64,000 nucleotides of DNA from Patescibacteria group bacterium (lineage in GTDB: Bacteria; Patescibacteriota; Minisyncoccia; Phycocordibacterales; PALSA-1337). The stretch covers positions 19,162-83,161 of the forward strand of contig JAGXAG010000001.1 in the NCBI GenBank assembly GCA_018971685.1. The letters run 5' to 3'. This document shows positions 1-9,356 of this stretch, piece by piece; position 1 is the first letter of the stretch; each line of letters opens with the position of its first letter. The position numbers were made by a program, and so were the translations under genes. Below the pieces are notes generated by a model. That model searched no databases and had not been told where the DNA came from. It worked only from the letters and a program-made list of their open reading frames with translations.

Positions 1-1017
1 ATTATCTCAATTATCATTGGCCGAGAGTTAAGTAAAACTGTCGGATTAATGAAATTGGAGAGAGCAAGTATGATGAACATGAGTAACAGGGTCCAAATAA
101 ACAAGATAAGATAGTAACCAAGATTCCGCTTAGTCATATCGATGTCAGCTTTGAGAAGCGAAATGAACTTGGTCTCCGAACTGATTGCCATAATGAGAGG
201 GGTGAAGATGAATAGCACTACGAAAATTGGGTGAAAATAATATGCGATCCAGCTTAGATTTGAAAACAGCAAGTTGTTAAAAGTAATCATACTGCCAGGC
301 ATTATCATGTGCAGATAATTCGGAAGCAGAATAACCTGATTAACGAAATTCGTTGATATGAAATAAAGCACCAGATTGAATATAAATAATGGCCTGAAGA
401 ATTTTACAGAATGTTCAGATAGGAGTTCGAAAGATATTGGTTCACGTGACAGTAATCTCGAGAGAAGTGCAATAAAAGCTGATTCGACAATTGTCAGTAG
501 CAGAATGGATAGAACCCCTATGCTGACCAGAGCTATTAGGCTTCCCAATAATACCAATATCTGACTCCCTAAAAAGAAGAGAGCAATAAGAGTTATTACC
601 GCCCCAACTAACAGTGCAAGTGCAGAGTAGAGGGCAGTTTTCTTGATAAAACCTGTCGATCGTAAAATCTTAATTTTCTTGAAGAAAAGTAGAAAAGCGA
701 CTACGAGTCCCAGAACACCGAAAAGCGCCGGAAAGGTAGTTGAGCCCAATACACTCAAAGGGTGAATGGAATGAGTAGCATAGAACAACTTTGCAGTAAT
801 TGATTGCTGGACATATTGATTCACCCCGTTGTTAATTATCGTATTCCCGAGTGTTTGAGTAAGCAGAAATTTCTGTCCTATCAGCGAAGGAATTTTGAAA
901 ATAACGTCGCATGCCACGAAAAATAATATCGTGCCATAAAGCCACTTATTATCGATAATTAGCGCGAAAGATTTTTTGTAATCGGCTACGAGTTCCTTTA
1001 GTATGCTGGCGTTCATT
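1..1017 (-). CDS. hypothetical polytopic membrane protein (C-terminal part; continues past the window start)
   Basis: Uninterrupted minus-strand reading frame from ATG near 1017 to position 1 (MNASILKELVADYKKSF...). Many hydrophobic segments. Absent from the ORF track because no stop lies inside the window. Confidence 0.5.
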
Positions 1018-1095
1018 GCTGTATACAGTACATCGCGAATCGATATAAGTAAAGCGCCAATCTTTTAATTATGTTTCAAACGTGGCATAATCGCA

Positions 1096-1578
1096 GTGAT
1101 GAAAATCCGTGTTAAGAAGTCAATTAGGGTGATATTCGCTCTTATCACAGGAGTCTGGATTTTCTTATTCTTAAGTTCGCTTTACTCATCACTCTGGGAG
1201 TTGCCGATCTTGTTAGGAGTGTTAGGTCTATTTTGGATAATTTTGTTCAAAAAGGTCTTGGTTGATTCGAAGATTGAAATCAATGGAAACAAAATAACCA
1301 TTGTCACGCCAAAATTATTTCGGGTGGCGGCTTATAGGAACTTCACACTTGAAAAATATGAATGGCCCTTGGCCGAAATTAAGTCATTGATACTGAAAAG
1401 AGTTAAGAAGCCTATTCAGAATGAAGCAAGCTATATTGGATACGGTCAATTATCTCTGATTGTCAGTACCTCAACCGGTGAGCATATTATTCCGGTAGAT
1501 ACATTTAGTTATGACGCAATGGTTAGATTATTTAAACCTTTTCCGATTTTCAAAGAAGAAAACCCCACCGGTCGGTGA
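1096..1578 (+). CDS. hypothetical small membrane protein (2 TM helices plus soluble domain)
   Basis: 160-aa ORF. The stop codon lies inside a palindromic repeat copy (1559-1584) that encodes the C-terminal PTGR. Confidence 0.45.
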   Translation: MMKIRVKKSIRVIFALITGVWIFLFLSSLYSSLWELPILLGVLGLFWIILFKKVLVDSKIEINGNKITIVTPKLFRVAAYRNFTLEKYEWPLAEIKSLILKRVKKPIQNEASYIGYGQLSLIVSTSTGEHIIPVDTFSYDAMVRLFKPFPIFKEENPTGR

Positions 1579-1584
1579 GGTTTT
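1559..1584. repeat. GC-rich palindromic element, short variant (AAAACCCCACCGGTCGGTGAGGTTTT); likely terminator
   Basis: Near-perfect palindrome sharing the CACCGGTCGG core with six other copies in the window. Overlaps the stop of the 1096..1578 ORF. Confidence 0.6.
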
Positions 1585-1601
1585 GTGGATCAGTGCCGCA
1601 G

Positions 1602-2165
1602 TCAGGCTGTGCCAATTTCAATGCACGCCATTTTCTGGGGATGATTTGCTAAGCTAATCTTTTTCGAAAGGGCTTCGATCTCTTTTTCAAAACCGACGCT
1701 TGTATGTTCCAGGTCCGGGATCTGAAGGACTTTAACAGGTTCTGGCAATATAATCTCTACCTCCGGACCAGCCTTGCTTTTGACCGCGGAGATGAAGCTT
1801 CGTCTTTGCGTGCAGAAGGGCTCCGGCATTGAATCCCATCCATGGCCCCAGCACTCCATTTCTAACTTTCTCAAAGGCAGGTAGCGGATGAGTAGCTTTG
1901 AAGAAGATATGCGAAGCTCGACATCTTCTCGAGGGTAAAACCTCTGCACCGCAACCTTCATTAAGGTCCGAGGATCACACGTAGCCACTGTGCGGCAATA
2001 CGGACCACCCGGCTCGATGGTTGAGAAAACCAGACCCGGGAAGTGTTTGGTCAAGAGGTCCTTGATTTCAGTCATCGTCAGCACCTCCCGATCGGAATCC
2101 TTTTGACACGAGTCGTCTACGAACTCCTTTAGTCTTGGCAGTAACATTGAATTTTCAATTTTCAT
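1602..2165 (-). CDS. hypothetical protein (island cargo, gene 2 of a two-gene minus-strand operon)
   Basis: Start chosen at MKIENSML, which is preceded by AAGGAG; the track ORF extends to 2198. About 52% GC, unlike the AT-rich left flank. No recognisable motif. Confidence 0.5.
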   Translation of the reverse strand: MKIENSMLLPRLKEFVDDSCQKDSDREVLTMTEIKDLLTKHFPGLVFSTIEPGGPYCRTVATCDPRTLMKVAVQRFYPREDVELRISSSKLLIRYLPLRKLEMECWGHGWDSMPEPFCTQRRSFISAVKSKAGPEVEIILPEPVKVLQIPDLEHTSVGFEKEIEALSKKISLANHPQKMACIEIGTA

Positions 2166-2175
2166 ACAAGTCTCC

Positions 2176-2814
2176 TTATGACGGTTTGACCAGCCCACCT
2201 TCTACCCATTCGATGACACGATAATCGCCGAAGCAACTATCGTTACGCCATTCATTGCAATCCGATAGGGAGCTCCACTCCCAGTTGATTCCATGCCATC
2301 TCATGCAGCGAATGTCCTGCCGGTGTTGCAGACCCAACATCGCTCCATTGGACGTGAAGCCCAGCACTGTTCCGAAGAAGTAGATTTCAAACTCTCTCCA
2401 CTCGACGGGAATCAGGTATGGGTATTGAAGCAGATAATCCAAAAGGTTTGTGTTACATGTAGGCCTGCCGCGAAGCACAGGAATCATTTGACCGATCGTG
2501 GGGAACTTATTTCCTCTTTTCGGTTCAGGTAGACATTCCGGAATGCTTAACCGGACTGCGTCGGGAGCCCAAGTGCGACGCCCCTGCTTCACGTGTTCAT
2601 CAACTCCAAACTGATTCGGAACAAACGGATCAGCATCGCAGTCGATCGTGTGAACGATGTTTTCCCAGCACGGCTGCTTACGTAGGTATCGATTGAGTTG
2701 GTATTCATATTCTGGACCATCTTCACCTGTCACTTTGATCATCAGGTCAGTAAACGGTCCGCGCCAGAACTTGCGGAGCGTTTCTGGATTACCGAGTATG
2801 TTGGTAGACATAGT
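2176..2814 (-). CDS. hypothetical Cys/His/Trp-rich protein (island cargo, gene 1 of the operon)
   Basis: Start chosen at MSTNILGNPETL behind a GGAA RBS; the track ORF runs to 2895. Lies 10 nt upstream of the next gene. No recognisable family. Confidence 0.45.
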   Translation of the reverse strand, partial: TMSTNILGNPETLRKFWRGPFTDLMIKVTGEDGPEYEYQLNRYLRKQPCWENIVHTIDCDADPFVPNQFGVDEHVKQGRRTWAPDAVRLSIPECLPEPKRGNKFPTIGQMIPVLRGRPTCNTNLLDYLLQYPYLIPVEWREFEIYFFGTVLGFTSNGAMLGLQHRQDIRCMRWHGINWEWSSLSDCNEWRNDSCFGDYRVIEWVEGGLVKPS

Positions 2815-3098
2815 CAGTTCCTTTCGTTTTTCGAGGTTCTTGTTGCTGGACTCTTCGCCACAGCGGAAGCTTAACTTCTGACATAACAATACCATTTCTG
2901 TAAGGAATCGTCAATCCCACCCTGTTTTGTACCCCGTTATTGCCACCTGTTCGCCCCTGTGTGCGCTTTTCAGTGCGGAATTGGCCGTTTCCACGCCTTC
3001 GGGCAAGTTCATGCCGGTGTGCCCGAATTTTGCCTAAGTTGCCTATTGCGGAAAAGCTCGGTCGAGAGTTAGGATGGATTTACGTAAAAGAACGCCAT

Positions 3099-3374
3099 AT
3101 GACTACGAACGCCAATGACATCGATGCCGGTATTAAACTCCTTTTAGAAAAGCTATCTGAAGAATTTGAGATAGTAAAAAGGCAGGGTTTTCCTGCAAAA
3201 GCATATTTTCGTTCGTATCCGCCTCGAACGTGTGATGTAAGCATTCCAAGTCCGAGGTGGCATGCCTGGGCTCGTGAGCTCGATGTTGATGAAGTCCGAT
3301 TCGAAGCGTTGATAAAAATTCTGGCAAAAGAAGGTTTTCTGGAAGGTTATAAATTTATCTCTGAAAGCCAATGA
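3099..3374 (+). CDS. hypothetical small protein (possible winged-helix); start uncertain (alternative 2940)
   Basis: ORF 2940..3374; internal start MTTNANDIDAG chosen because the upstream part is Arg/Cys-rich and low-complexity. Its stop overlaps the start of the next gene. Confidence 0.3.
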   Translation: MTTNANDIDAGIKLLLEKLSEEFEIVKRQGFPAKAYFRSYPPRTCDVSIPSPRWHAWARELDVDEVRFEALIKILAKEGFLEGYKFISESQ

Positions 3375-4372
3375 TTAATCTTGAATTATGGTTTCCAGAA
3401 GATTTCGACAAGCGATATGCAAAATATCGTGAGGATCATGTTGAAAATAAAATGCCGGAACCTTTCTTTTCCGAACGTTTGCAGAATGAACGAAAAAATA
3501 TCTTATCTATAAAAACCGAAGATGATTTCCGAAATGAAATTGAAAAGTGGAGTCCCCTTAAAACCATTATTGATGCCATTCATAAAGACCTCTCTCCATT
3601 TTTGCCTAGTAGCGCTCAAGTAATAAATATCGACCTTACAAAATTGGGAATCTCTGAAAAGGAAGCTGGTCATATTTTGATGATGCTGGCCTACGAGCGA
3701 ATTTGCAGATGGAAAATAAATAAGAGCTCGGCAGTCATATCAACAGAGGCTCTGGCGGGGTATTTAGGCGGAAACGGCATCGTCATTCCTGACTACGATA
3801 AATTTCAAGGATTTAGGAAAGAGGTTATGGATTTCTATGAATTTTTAGAGGATCAGAGAAACCAGAAATTTCCGAAAAGTAATGCGGCGAAGGCGGAAAA
3901 TGTGAAGAATAATAAACAGGAATCTGCGGCTGATTCCGACGTAATTGATGAGACTGTAAAAAGAGTGGCCGTATGGGGCGGAGAAACTGTATCCGATTTA
4001 CCACTGATTACCTATAACGAGGTCACTGGCAAAGGTGAGGTTATTGGTAAAAAGAAATTCAAGTTTAAAGACGGTAGCCCGGAGTATAAGATTTTCAATA
4101 TGCTTTATGCCAAGCTGGCTAAAAAGACCGCCAAACTCGAGCGGCAGGACGTGCTGATAGCCGGTGGTTTTTACAAGGATTATGAGGAGCCTGACCCGAC
4201 ACGAAAAACAAACGAAACAGCATTCATAAACGAGGTAGCTAAATCTATCAGAGAAAAGACTGGTTTGGATACCGAGGAGCTCGTGAATAATAACGGCAGT
4301 TTAACCTTGCTCGTCTTGCGGCAGGATAAGAATCCACCAAAAGTCACCAAGTTCGTCCCGGTCTGGGGCTAA
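3371..4372 (+). CDS. hypothetical protein, 333 aa (island cargo)
   Basis: Long ORF translationally coupled to the upstream gene (ATGA overlap at 3371-3374). No recognisable motif. Confidence 0.5.
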   Translation: MINLELWFPEDFDKRYAKYREDHVENKMPEPFFSERLQNERKNILSIKTEDDFRNEIEKWSPLKTIIDAIHKDLSPFLPSSAQVINIDLTKLGISEKEAGHILMMLAYERICRWKINKSSAVISTEALAGYLGGNGIVIPDYDKFQGFRKEVMDFYEFLEDQRNQKFPKSNAAKAENVKNNKQESAADSDVIDETVKRVAVWGGETVSDLPLITYNEVTGKGEVIGKKKFKFKDGSPEYKIFNMLYAKLAKKTAKLERQDVLIAGGFYKDYEEPDPTRKTNETAFINEVAKSIREKTGLDTEELVNNNGSLTLLVLRQDKNPPKVTKFVPVWG

Positions 4373-4452
4373 ATCGCACCAGATTGCCTCTAAATTAAAA
4401 GCTTGCTCAAGAACATAATCTGGCAAGCCCAGCTTTTTTCATTCAGCCAAAT

Positions 4453-4526
4453 CCGAACGCCATGCGGAGAAGTCAATTTTTTGCATAGTCCGTCCTTACT
4501 GGCGTTCGGAACGGATTATGCAAAAA
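4453..4526. promoter_or_regulatory. two interleaved inverted repeats (CCGAACGCCA/TGGCGTTCGG and TTTTTGCATA/TATGCAAAAA) upstream of the excisionase-like gene
   Basis: Read directly from the sequence. Lies in the 170-nt gap between the cargo genes and the int/xis module. Confidence 0.4.
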
Positions 4527-4539
4527 GCGGGCTTCTTAC

Positions 4540-4722
4540 ATGCTGCCACAAGAAGCCATAGATGAGTTCAAAAAGCTCTATAAGGCACGCTTCGGGGTCG
4601 ATCTCACCAATGAGGAAGCGTCTTTCCGAGCCAATAACCTCGTGAATCTGTACGAGGCTGTTTATGATACTTCCTGTGGCAAGCAAAGCGAGGCTCCTGA
4701 ATCTAAACCATGCCAGCCATGA
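4540..4722 (+). CDS. hypothetical small protein (60 aa)
   Basis: ORF-track entry immediately downstream of the inverted repeats. Overlaps the start of the next gene. Confidence 0.3.
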   Translation: MLPQEAIDEFKKLYKARFGVDLTNEEASFRANNLVNLYEAVYDTSCGKQSEAPESKPCQP

Positions 4723-5135
4723 CCAGATTCAACCCTCAAATTATCAGCCGACATTTGAGCTACACCTTGCCGGAAATTGCAGCGAAACTCCACATGACCA
4801 AGAAATCTCTATATCGATGGATTGACGAGGGTCTGCCGATCGTTCCGGGCCAGAGGAAACCCATCCTGATCCATGGCGATGACCTCAAGACGTTCATCAA
4901 TGCCCGCAATTCGAGACATAAAGTGAAGCTGAAAAGACACGAGTTCTACTGCTTCAGATGCAGGGCTCCGAGGCAAGCAAAGAGGGGTACGATAACAAAG
5001 TCCGGCTATACGAGAAGTGGTGAGTGCAGTGTTTGTAACGGCAAAATGCAGAGGAAATTTAGACCCTATCAAAAGGACTATCACATATCCTCATCTCCCG
5101 TCCAAATGTCCACATTGTTCGATAATCTGACATAA
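4710..5135 (+). CDS. excisionase-like HTH (MerR/HTH_17-type) DNA-binding protein with C-terminal Cys4 zinc ribbon
   Basis: LPEIAAKLHMTKKSLYRWIDEGLPIV is a helix-turn-helix. CFRC...CSVC is a zinc ribbon. Sits directly upstream of the integrase. Confidence 0.5.
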   Translation: MPAMTRFNPQIISRHLSYTLPEIAAKLHMTKKSLYRWIDEGLPIVPGQRKPILIHGDDLKTFINARNSRHKVKLKRHEFYCFRCRAPRQAKRGTITKSGYTRSGECSVCNGKMQRKFRPYQKDYHISSSPVQMSTLFDNLT

Positions 5136-5142
5136 CACCAAA

Positions 5143-6291
5143 ATGACAAAAATTAGTGAGAAAAATGAGCCTGAAAAGCTCACCGAGGATACTTCGATTC
5201 CGTACCGAAATGAGCAGGCCAAAAGACGCTTCTTCGAGCACCTTTCTGGCGGTGAAGGGTTCGCCGGTGAGTCGGTTTCAACCTTTGCCGAGGCTGTCGG
5301 CCAATGGCAGCAGTTCTCCAAAAATGATGACTTTGTTAATTTCGATAGAAGTAAGGCAACGGAGTTCGTGGCTTGGCAGAAAACGCGTCCGACCAAAGCC
5401 AAAGGCGGAAAGCTCGCATTGCAGACGCAATATAATTATCTTCGCCGCATCAAGCGATTCTTTATGTGGCTTGCGGAGCAGAAAGATTACAAGAAAATTA
5501 AGAAGGATGACATCGATTATCTGCGCCTGCCAAGAAAAGAGGCTCGAATGGCCACTGCCGGCACGACCAGAGTGATGCCGACGTTCGAGGAAGTGAAGCG
5601 GATCATAATGAGTATCCATCCGAAGAATGAAATCGATGAGCGTGATCGCGCCATATTGAGCTTAGCTTTGATAACTGGCATGCGCATATCGGCCATAGCA
5701 ACCTTGAAGATGAAGAACTTCAACCGAGCAGATAAGCTCTTTGATCAGAACCCAGGCGATGGCGTGTTGACCAAGAACTCAAAGAAAATCCTGACCACGT
5801 TCTTTCCGATCGGCTGGGATGAGCCGGAGCGATTCTTTCTCGACTGGTATGACCACTTGGTATCAAAAGGAGCAAAGCCAGATAGCCCGATATTTCCATC
5901 GACTCTCAAAGGATTTTCGGGCAAGAATGATTACAGCAAGACTCTTGTAAGCGATGAGAGCTGGGCCAGCTCGAGCGGTGCCAGGAAGATATTTGAGAAG
6001 CGATGTAAGGCTGCCGGTGTAACTTACTTCAATCCGCATTCGTTCCGGCATCTCATCGTAAACTATATGAGCAAGGCCAGATTGACTGAGGAAGAAAAGA
6101 AAGCCATCAGTATGAACCTCGGACATGAGAATGTCGGCACAACATTCGGTTCCTATGGTTACGGAAATATGACACCCATTGATGCCGTTCATATCGTGCA
6201 GAAGCTAACGATGACTCCGACCAACGGCCAGAGCGTCATTATTACTCCCGAGGAAAAAGCTGCACTCGAGAAATTATTGAAACGTCTATGA
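5143..6291 (+). CDS. int: tyrosine site-specific recombinase / integrase
   Basis: Catalytic-domain motifs: R in GMRISA, HSFRH, LGHENVGTTFGSYGY (catalytic Tyr). Adjacent to a tRNA gene. Confidence 0.8.
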   Translation: MTKISEKNEPEKLTEDTSIPYRNEQAKRRFFEHLSGGEGFAGESVSTFAEAVGQWQQFSKNDDFVNFDRSKATEFVAWQKTRPTKAKGGKLALQTQYNYLRRIKRFFMWLAEQKDYKKIKKDDIDYLRLPRKEARMATAGTTRVMPTFEEVKRIIMSIHPKNEIDERDRAILSLALITGMRISAIATLKMKNFNRADKLFDQNPGDGVLTKNSKKILTTFFPIGWDEPERFFLDWYDHLVSKGAKPDSPIFPSTLKGFSGKNDYSKTLVSDESWASSSGARKIFEKRCKAAGVTYFNPHSFRHLIVNYMSKARLTEEEKKAISMNLGHENVGTTFGSYGYGNMTPIDAVHIVQKLTMTPTNGQSVIITPEEKAALEKLLKRL

Positions 6292-6337
6292 AGAAAATCA
6301 GCTTGGCTTCCATGCCAAATAAGCACATAATATCAAC

Positions 6338-7963
6338 ATGAAGAACGCCAAGGAAACGCCAGTCAAATACTTCCTGTATGCCAGGAAATCGACCGAATCA
6401 GAAGACCGGCAGGTGCTTTCGATTGAGTCGCAAATCGACGAGCTGAAAGCTATCGCTGACCGAGAGAACATAAAAATTATCGAAGTGCTCCACGAATCGC
6501 GGTCCGCTAAGGCTCTTGGCCGACCAGTATTCAACGATATGATTGACCGCATCAATCGTGGAGAGGCTACCGGCATCCTATGCTGGAAGCTCGATCGCCT
6601 GGCTCGTAATTTCATTGACGCGGGCAAGGTCATCGAGATGTTGCAGCACAGCGTCATTCGGCACATCCGAAGCTATGAAAAAAGCTACTATCCGCAAGAT
6701 AACGTGCTCATGATGAGCCTCGAGTTCGGCGTGGCCAACCAATTCTCCCGCGACCTTGCGGTGAATGTGAACCGAGGCATGAAGAAAAAGGCCGAAATGG
6801 GCTGGTATCCGGTCCAACCACCAATCGGCTATCTGAACAGTAAGAATAAGGGCAAAGGCAAGAACGACATCTCAAAAGACACCGAGCGATACGACATCGT
6901 GCGAAAAGTCTTTGATCTTATGTTGACTGGCACGATGTCAGCTCATCAAGTCTGGCTGACTGCTACGGAAAAATATGGACTGCGAACACGGAAAGATAAG
7001 CTGATTTGCCGCAGCTCGATTTACTACGTGCTGACCAATCCTTTTTACTACGGCATGTTTGAGTGGCCACGAGGAAGCGGGACGTGGTATCGAGGAGCGC
7101 ATGAACCGATGATTACTGAAGAAGAATACGATCGCATTCAGATATTGCTCGGCAGAAAGGGCAAGCCTCGCCCAAAGAGTCACATCTTCGACTTCACCGG
7201 CATGTTTCGATGTGGAGAGTGCGGCGGCGTCATCACGGCAGAGGAGAAGATAAAGCGACCAAAGAACGGAAACGTGCATCGCTACATTTATTATCACTGC
7301 ACAAAGCGTGTCCATCCCGACTGCACGCAAGGCTCTATTGAAGTGACGGAGCTGAAGAAGCAGATCATCAAAAAGATTGAATCCTTGGAGATTCCTCCAG
7401 AGTTCCACACCTATGCCTTAAAATGGTTCAGGAAGAAGAACGAAAAGGACGTTGAGACGAATACAACGATTCTATCCGCGCAACAGAAGGCCTACGATGC
7501 CTGCGTACGAAAAATCGGCGCATTGATTGATATGCGTGCCACCAACGAGATTACATCCGAGGAGTTCGCCGATAGGAAGACATACCTCGTAAAGGAAAAG
7601 AGTCGACTTGAAGAGCTCCTGAACGATACCGGCGATCGCGTCAATAAACAACTTCAGAACGCCGATGATCTATTCACGTTCCTGCGCGATGTTGTCGAAA
7701 AGTTCAATACCAAAGGTTTTGAGACCAGAAGACGCATACTTTCGACACTTGGTCAGAACCTTTTGCTAAAGGACAAAATACTAAGCATTGACTGGGAGAA
7801 ATCGCTGTTGCCATCACAAAAGCTCGCCGGTGAAGTGAAGAAAATCCACGAACGGTTAGAACCTACAAAAAACAAGATGTCACAAGGAGATTTGGAAGAA
7901 ATCTACTCCAAAAATCCAATAGTGTGCGCCCAGTTGGAGTCGAACCAACGACCCACTCCTTAA
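6338..7963 (+). CDS. large serine recombinase (resolvase domain, recombinase domain and zinc ribbon)
   Basis: N-terminal YARKSTESEDRQVLSIESQ with catalytic Ser. CGECGG...YYHC zinc ribbon. Coiled-coil C-terminus. The last ~13 codons overlap tRNA-Lys. Confidence 0.8.
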   Translation: MKNAKETPVKYFLYARKSTESEDRQVLSIESQIDELKAIADRENIKIIEVLHESRSAKALGRPVFNDMIDRINRGEATGILCWKLDRLARNFIDAGKVIEMLQHSVIRHIRSYEKSYYPQDNVLMMSLEFGVANQFSRDLAVNVNRGMKKKAEMGWYPVQPPIGYLNSKNKGKGKNDISKDTERYDIVRKVFDLMLTGTMSAHQVWLTATEKYGLRTRKDKLICRSSIYYVLTNPFYYGMFEWPRGSGTWYRGAHEPMITEEEYDRIQILLGRKGKPRPKSHIFDFTGMFRCGECGGVITAEEKIKRPKNGNVHRYIYYHCTKRVHPDCTQGSIEVTELKKQIIKKIESLEIPPEFHTYALKWFRKKNEKDVETNTTILSAQQKAYDACVRKIGALIDMRATNEITSEEFADRKTYLVKEKSRLEELLNDTGDRVNKQLQNADDLFTFLRDVVEKFNTKGFETRRRILSTLGQNLLLKDKILSIDWEKSLLPSQKLAGEVKKIHERLEPTKNKMSQGDLEEIYSKNPIVCAQLESNQRPTP

Positions 7964-7997
7964 AAGGGAGTTGCTCTACCAGCTGAGCTATGGGCGC
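7925..7997 (-). tRNA. tRNA-Lys (anticodon UUU)
   Basis: Manual fold: GCGCCCA acceptor, GCTC/GAGC D-stem, ACTCC-CTTTTAA-GGAGT anticodon arm, GTTGG-TTCGACT-CCAAC T-arm. 73 nt; CCA not encoded. Confidence 0.75.
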
Positions 7998-8087
7998 ATA
8001 CATTACATGTTCAACAATAACACGGGTTCCGCACTCGATCAAACCAATGCGCGATCAGACACAATAGTCAGATCAGTCAACACGCCG

Positions 8088-8825
8088 TCACAACTCCGAT
8101 TTAATCCCGAGCAACAGTCTTTCGATGCCAAGTTCAAGGTCAATAGCGCCGCGATGAGCGTCGTGGTAGAGAACGGTCAAATTCCGAAGGAGTGAGTGCA
8201 GTTCGACCGACGAATAATTGGCGGCATACCTTTTCGATTTGTTGAAAACGAACGGGTTCATGTCCGATTCGACGACACTTTTTGATTTTGCCGCGACCGC
8301 CATCGATTTTGCTTGCCAGAATAAAGTGCCGACAATATTTTCCGGCTCAGTGCCGGCACCGATCGCTTCGCAGTAGAGCGACCAGGCCTTGAATGAATCG
8401 CGCGCGCCGAGCGCGTCCGCGAGCGCAAATATGCTTTTGCCGTCGGCTTTTCCGGCGCCAAACGAGACGGCATCGTCGTTTTCAACTGACCTTTCCGCGT
8501 GTTTTTCGAACGCTTTTTTCAATTCCGCGTTCAATCTGCCCTCGAGCACGATAAATATGTTCGCCGATTCATTCATAGCCTCGGCAAAACCGGCAATTTG
8601 TTCCTTGGCCTCGATGTTTTCCGCAACCCGGTCTAGGAATATTATGTATTTATTCGAGAACAGCCCTTGGCCGTCCAAGTGTTCCTCTATTGTCGCCGGA
8701 CTCCAATGATCCGCATCGATTGCCACAAAAGCCGCGTCGGGACGCTTGCTTTTCAGTGAATTCAAAAGTGTGTGCGCCTTTTTCGCGCTTAACTCCGTGT
8801 TTTGGCCGTGAAAAACATATAACAT
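8088..8825 (-). CDS. holA: DNA polymerase III delta subunit-like (HolA N-terminal domain pattern)
   Basis: MLYVFHGQN...GLFSNKYIIFLDRV matches the delta-subunit N-terminal pattern. Short at 245 aa. Confidence 0.5.
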   Translation of the reverse strand: MLYVFHGQNTELSAKKAHTLLNSLKSKRPDAAFVAIDADHWSPATIEEHLDGQGLFSNKYIIFLDRVAENIEAKEQIAGFAEAMNESANIFIVLEGRLNAELKKAFEKHAERSVENDDAVSFGAGKADGKSIFALADALGARDSFKAWSLYCEAIGAGTEPENIVGTLFWQAKSMAVAAKSKSVVESDMNPFVFNKSKRYAANYSSVELHSLLRNLTVLYHDAHRGAIDLELGIERLLLGIKSEL

Positions 8826-8833
8826 GGCGGCTA

Positions 8834-9289
8834 TTATTTGTGCATGTCCGACATGTGTATCGATCTGTCGTTTTCGCCGACAGCTTCAAACTCGATCAGG
8901 CGTGTATTGTTCGGCAATATTTCTTTTACTTTTTCCATCCACTCGATCAAGATCAGATTGCCTTCGTCTGCCACAATGTCTTCGAAACCAAGCACCGCCA
9001 GCTCCCTGCCCTCTTCCAATCTATAAGCGTCTATGTGAACCAGTTTTTTCCAAGGTCCGATCTTGGGATCATACAACTTCATGATGACGAAAGTCGGACT
9101 GGTTACCTGTTCGACCACTCCCAATTCCGCGGCAACCGCCTGGGCAAATGCCGTCTTGCCCGAACCCAGATGGCCGGAAAGGCCTACAACTGTCGCTTCA
9201 TCCGCGCTTTTCTCGAACGAAATCACGGTCAGACAGTGGCGGGCGATTTCGCGCGTTTGTTCTGGTGAATGTGAGATGAACAATTTCAT
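8834..9289 (-). CDS. tsaE: tRNA threonylcarbamoyladenosine biosynthesis ATPase TsaE (YjeE)
   Basis: GLSGHLGSGKT P-loop. About 150 aa. Typical TsaE layout. Confidence 0.7.
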   Translation of the reverse strand: MKLFISHSPEQTREIARHCLTVISFEKSADEATVVGLSGHLGSGKTAFAQAVAAELGVVEQVTSPTFVIMKLYDPKIGPWKKLVHIDAYRLEEGRELAVLGFEDIVADEGNLILIEWMEKVKEILPNNTRLIEFEAVGENDRSIHMSDMHK

Positions 9290-9356
9290 AAAATATTTAC
9301 TCCGCTAACGGATTCTCGCTTTCACGGGAATAATAAACCCTTTCAACTATGCACAT

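Noticed and set aside
2940-3098. N-terminal 53 codons of ORF 2940..3374 (MPPVRPCVRFSVRNWPFPRLRASSCRCARIL...)
   Set aside because: Arg/Cys/Pro-rich low-complexity stretch across the promoter region of the divergent operon. Internal Met start preferred, but low confidence either way.
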